NCBI GenBank assembly: GCA_000092065.1
Contig: CP000593.1
Reading direction: 5' to 3' (one strand)
DNA length: 64,000 bases
Source: Ostreococcus lucimarinus
Lineage: Eukaryota
Under the pieces are notes generated by a model that was not told the DNA's origin, searched no databases, and worked only from the letters and a program-made list of their open reading frames with translations. A program made the translations under genes and the position numbers. The stretch's first letter is position 1; the number at the start of each line of letters is the position of its first letter. This document shows positions 61,149 to 64,000 of this stretch, one piece after another.

Positions 61149-62717
61149 CTAATGCGTGGCGCTGCGTATCGTCTTGTTGAGAAGTTTCACCTGGCGCGCT
61201 TTACTCTCGACGCGCTCTTGCGCGTCCTCGAGCGCCTTGGCGAGAAATTCTCCCTCGGCGCCCGAGCTCCCGCCGATTTCTCGCGCGATGGATTCGTGCT
61301 CGACGCGTAGCTTGGAGAGCTCGTTTTGTAACTCGCGATGGATGTGCTGGATGTCGCGAGTATCAAATTTTGCAGGTTTACCGCGCGATCTCTCGCTCGC
61401 GGGCGACGGCGTGTTGACGCTCATCTCCGCCCCGGGCTCGCGAACGACGTCGAGTTCCTCATCCAACACGAAAGGTTCGCCGTCTATGATGCGACGCGTG
61501 AGCTTTGCGTTGATTTCCCCGACGGCATGCAAATTTGTGCGTAGCTGTGCGCACTCGCGTTCGGTATCGGCCGACGCCGCGGCGATTTCTTTCAATTTCA
61601 TCAGCGCGTTGCGAGAAACGTTCTCGGCTCTCGTCGCTGTGGACTCCATGCGAGCCACGCGCTCGTTCGCCTCCTTCACACTTTTCCTAGCCGATTCAAT
61701 CATCTCATTCGCACGCTCTCGCGCGCGAGCTAGTTCATCATCAAACGTCTCTCGTAAAGCATCGACGCGACTCGCCATCCCGCGTTCAACGATTTCGTGC
61801 TGCGCCGCGAGCTCTTCGTTGAGCTGCCGCACCGCGTTCGCCATCTCCGTCGACCTCGTCTCCATCATTCGCCGCAGAGCCATGGTCTCATTTTCACTCT
61901 TCGTCAATTGCTCTCTGAGCGCATCCTGCGCGATTTTCCCAGCGCTGTGCGCTTCCACCACTTTGACGCGTTCCGCCGCCAACATGGATTCAAAGTCGCG
62001 AAACCGCCGTCTGTCCGCTTCGAGCTCGACGCGCTCCTCCTCCAACCGCGCCCGCACCGCTCGCTCGCGCTCGAGCTCATTCAAAAACTGTCTCTCCTTC
62101 GCCTCGTATTCATCCCGCATCGCCTTCACCGCTCGCTCCATCTTCGACGCCCGCTTCTCCGCGCTCTCTCGCTTGCGTCGCTCGCCGTCCAGCGCGCCTC
62201 GCGCCGCCGCACGTTCAATCTCCGCGTTCTCCGCGTTCGCCGCCAACTCTCCTCGAAACGCGCGACATTCCACATCCAGCGCGTCTCTTTCGCGATTTCC
62301 CTCCTCCACCGCGCGTCGTAACGACCGAATCTCCGCCTCCGCGCTCGCGTTCGCGTTTGAATTCAACTCTGACAGCCGCCGCGTCCTCGTCAACTCATTT
62401 TCCATCTCCTCTCGCACCGCCGCCGCCTCTCGCGCGTCCTCGCGCGCTCGAAACAATTCTCTCTTTATCTCCTCGTACGTTCCGTGCGCGTGCTCGAGAT
62501 CGCGCGTGAGCGCCTCGCATCGCGATTTCCAAATCGTCACCAGCGCCGTCGCCGTGTCGCGATTTTCTCTGCGCGCGCGCGCGACGACGTCCTCCTCGCG
62601 CGCGCGCGCGTCGTTCGAGACAACCATCGACCGTCGCTCGCGTCGCGCGCGCGCGAGGGTCGCGCGTCGCGTCGCGCGCGCCTCGATGTCTCGTTCGTCG
62701 CCGCATTTCACGAACAT
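61149..62717 (-). CDS. Coiled-coil protein of unknown function (about 522 aa)
   Basis: Continuous heptad-rich sequence (E/R/A/L-rich; for example LEADRRRFRDFESMLAAERVKVVEAHSAGKIAQDALREQLTKSENETMALRRMMETR). First ATG at 62717 (MFVKCGDERD); the track start at 62822 is GTG. Confidence 0.5.
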   Translation of the reverse strand: MFVKCGDERDIEARATRRATLARARRERRSMVVSNDARAREEDVVARARRENRDTATALVTIWKSRCEALTRDLEHAHGTYEEIKRELFRAREDAREAAAVREEMENELTRTRRLSELNSNANASAEAEIRSLRRAVEEGNRERDALDVECRAFRGELAANAENAEIERAAARGALDGERRKRESAEKRASKMERAVKAMRDEYEAKERQFLNELERERAVRARLEEERVELEADRRRFRDFESMLAAERVKVVEAHSAGKIAQDALREQLTKSENETMALRRMMETRSTEMANAVRQLNEELAAQHEIVERGMASRVDALRETFDDELARARERANEMIESARKSVKEANERVARMESTATRAENVSRNALMKLKEIAAASADTERECAQLRTNLHAVGEINAKLTRRIIDGEPFVLDEELDVVREPGAEMSVNTPSPASERSRGKPAKFDTRDIQHIHRELQNELSKLRVEHESIAREIGGSSGAEGEFLAKALEDAQERVESKARQVKLLNKTIRSATH

Positions 62718-62871
62718 TCGTCGGCCGCATTCCGCGACGAACGACGCCCTGCGCGCGCCTCGACGCCGCGCGCAGGGCGTTCGAGCGCGCGCGAGACGCC
62801 GCGCGCGCCTCGCGCGCGTCACCGCGCGCGTCGAAGGCGACGCTCGGACGCGCGAGGCGATCGCGACGGCG

Positions 62872-63855
62872 ATGATGGCGCGAACGGCCGCGCGACGATC
62901 GACGGCGCGCGTCGCGCGCGGGGCGACGCGCGCGACGAACGCGAGGCGACAGGCGCGGGCGATCGCGCGGCGACGCGTCGCGGTGACGCGCGCGAGCGAG
63001 GCGAGCGACGACGCGATGAGGGACGAGGCGAGCGGGTACGAGAAGCGCGCGGCGGAGAGCGCGGCGGCGGGCGTGGAGGAGAAACGACCGCCGCGAGGCG
63101 GGGACGCCCCGGCGCCGGGATCGTGGTCGTGGACGCTGAATTGGGATCACGTGATGTTCGATACGCGGGGAAGGGTGATCGAGGAACCGACGAAGGAGGA
63201 CATGGCGCGCGCGCGGGTGCTCATCGGGTCGTGCCCGCGAAACGCGGAGGACGTGGACCGGTTGGTCGACGAAGCGGGAGTGGAGGCGATCGTGTGCTTG
63301 CAGTGCTCGTTGTGTCACGCGGCGATGGAGATCGATTGGCAGAGCGTGCGAAGGCGAGCGATCGAACGAGGAGTGATGATCGTGCAGGTGAACGTGCGCG
63401 ATTTCGATCGACTGGACCAGGCGAAGATGTTACCCGAGGCGGTGCGGAAGTTGGCGGCGTTTCAAGCGATGGGTAAGCGCACGTACGTGCACTGCACGGC
63501 GGGGATCAATCGCGCATCGCTCACCGTGGTCGGTTATTTGACCTTTGTCAAGATGTTTGATTTGGAAGCGGCGCTGCACGCCGTGCGCACGTCGCGTCCG
63601 CAGGCGAACCCGTACGTGGTTTCCTGGGAAATCGCGCGCGCTCGTTTGCTGGCGCATAGGCTTGAGGATATTTATCTGTACTCGCAAGTCGACGCTGGTG
63701 GTAACACTATCGATGACGGTGGTGACTGGATCAAGCGCGACCTCGAGCGCGCGGAGAAGGGCGTCATCGCCGAAGTCTTCAAACGCGCCATCGACACCGA
63801 TTTGTCCATGTACGGAGCGCTCATCGAAGGGGACTACCAACAACAGCGTCACTGA
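62872..63855 (+). CDS. Dual-specificity phosphatase of the SEX4/LSF (glucan phosphatase) family with N-terminal transit-peptide-like presequence (327 aa)
   Basis: ATG at 62872 ([35 protein letters not shown]...). DSP domain AIVCLQ...[60 protein letters not shown] is collinear with Arabidopsis SEX4 VCLQ...[61 protein letters not shown]. Has the CX5R catalytic loop. No CBM48 follows, so it is LSF2-like. Divergent from the coiled-coil gene with a 154-bp shared region. Confidence 0.7.
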   Translation: [327 protein letters not shown]

Positions 63856-64000
63856 CGATGGGATCAAGAATATAGACGTTAGTAGTTTACTGTTGTACAT
63901 CATCGAAACAGAACGTAGGGTCTAACTAAAACTATCCGTTGAGCATGGCCTCGAGATCGATGTCGTTCTTCGACAACGTCTTGGCGCCGCCGAGCTTCAT

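Noticed and set aside
61156-62871. First 570 codons of the 899-aa plus-strand ORF ending in the SEX4-like phosphatase
   Set aside because: Ser/Arg-rich low complexity exactly antisense to the coiled-coil gene. The phosphatase has an ATG (62872) followed by a transit-peptide-like sequence.
63937-64000. Minus-strand ATG at the window end (MKLGGAKTLSKNDIDLEAMLNG then stop)
   Set aside because: Only 22 codons before a stop. It could be a first exon of a gene continuing beyond an intron, but there is no GTGCG-type donor or other support inside the window.

Overview
This is a GC-rich (about 65%), gene-dense eukaryotic nuclear segment with roughly one gene per 2 kb on alternating strands. It contains no prokaryotic operons, rRNA, CRISPR arrays or classical transposons.

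The supplied ORF track uses prokaryote-style starts (GTG and TTG are printed as M). It also reports many long Arg/Ala-rich 'shadow' ORFs antisense or out of frame to real genes, which are artefacts of GC3-rich codon usage. Real genes were separated from artefacts by recognisable protein families, true ATG starts and splice signals.

About 30 protein-coding genes are supported:
- RNA, transcription and replication: a DEAD-box helicase, TAF2, ABCE1, a PPR protein, a CDCA7-like zinc-finger protein and a RAD16 ortholog.
- Trafficking and proteostasis: AP-2 alpha, importin-beta, a BAR-PH-ArfGAP-ANK protein, Derlin, an FKBP and a UBE3B/C-type HECT ligase.
- Membrane and secretory: an OSCA/TMEM63-like channel, an NTPDase/apyrase, a Golgi sulfotransferase, an IPT/TIG surface protein and a 7TM protein.
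- Metabolism and signalling: a PTPLA/HACD dehydratase, a KLHDC4-like kelch protein, a METTL21-like methyltransferase, a 2OG-Fe(II) oxygenase, a cGMP-dependent-kinase-like protein and a SEX4/LSF-like glucan phosphatase.

Genes sit in tight head-to-head pairs sharing 50-220 bp promoters, and tail-to-tail pairs with 60-120 bp between stop codons.

The most interesting signal is a family of short (76-155 nt) spliceosomal introns that share sequence well beyond canonical splice signals: a GTGCG[G/T]CGA donor, internal ATTCGA(T)CGAACGA or AATCGACG motifs, a GACTGACGACGAG branch region, and a CGCAG or GAAG acceptor. Six copies interrupt five genes (Derlin, AP-2 alpha, a Cys-less radical-SAM-like gene, TAF2 twice, RAD16). 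A seventh lies in a 5' UTR. Together they look like an introner-element family.

These introns reveal hidden 5' exons. One of them shows that the RAD16 ortholog carries an N-terminal PARP-type zinc finger. Another gene encodes a radical-SAM-fold protein whose CX3CX2C cysteines are all replaced. The gene content (SEX4-like phosphatase, PPR protein, TGTAA-like poly(A) motifs), GC content and compactness suggest a picoprasinophyte (Mamiellophyceae, Micromonas-like) green alga; this is an inference only.
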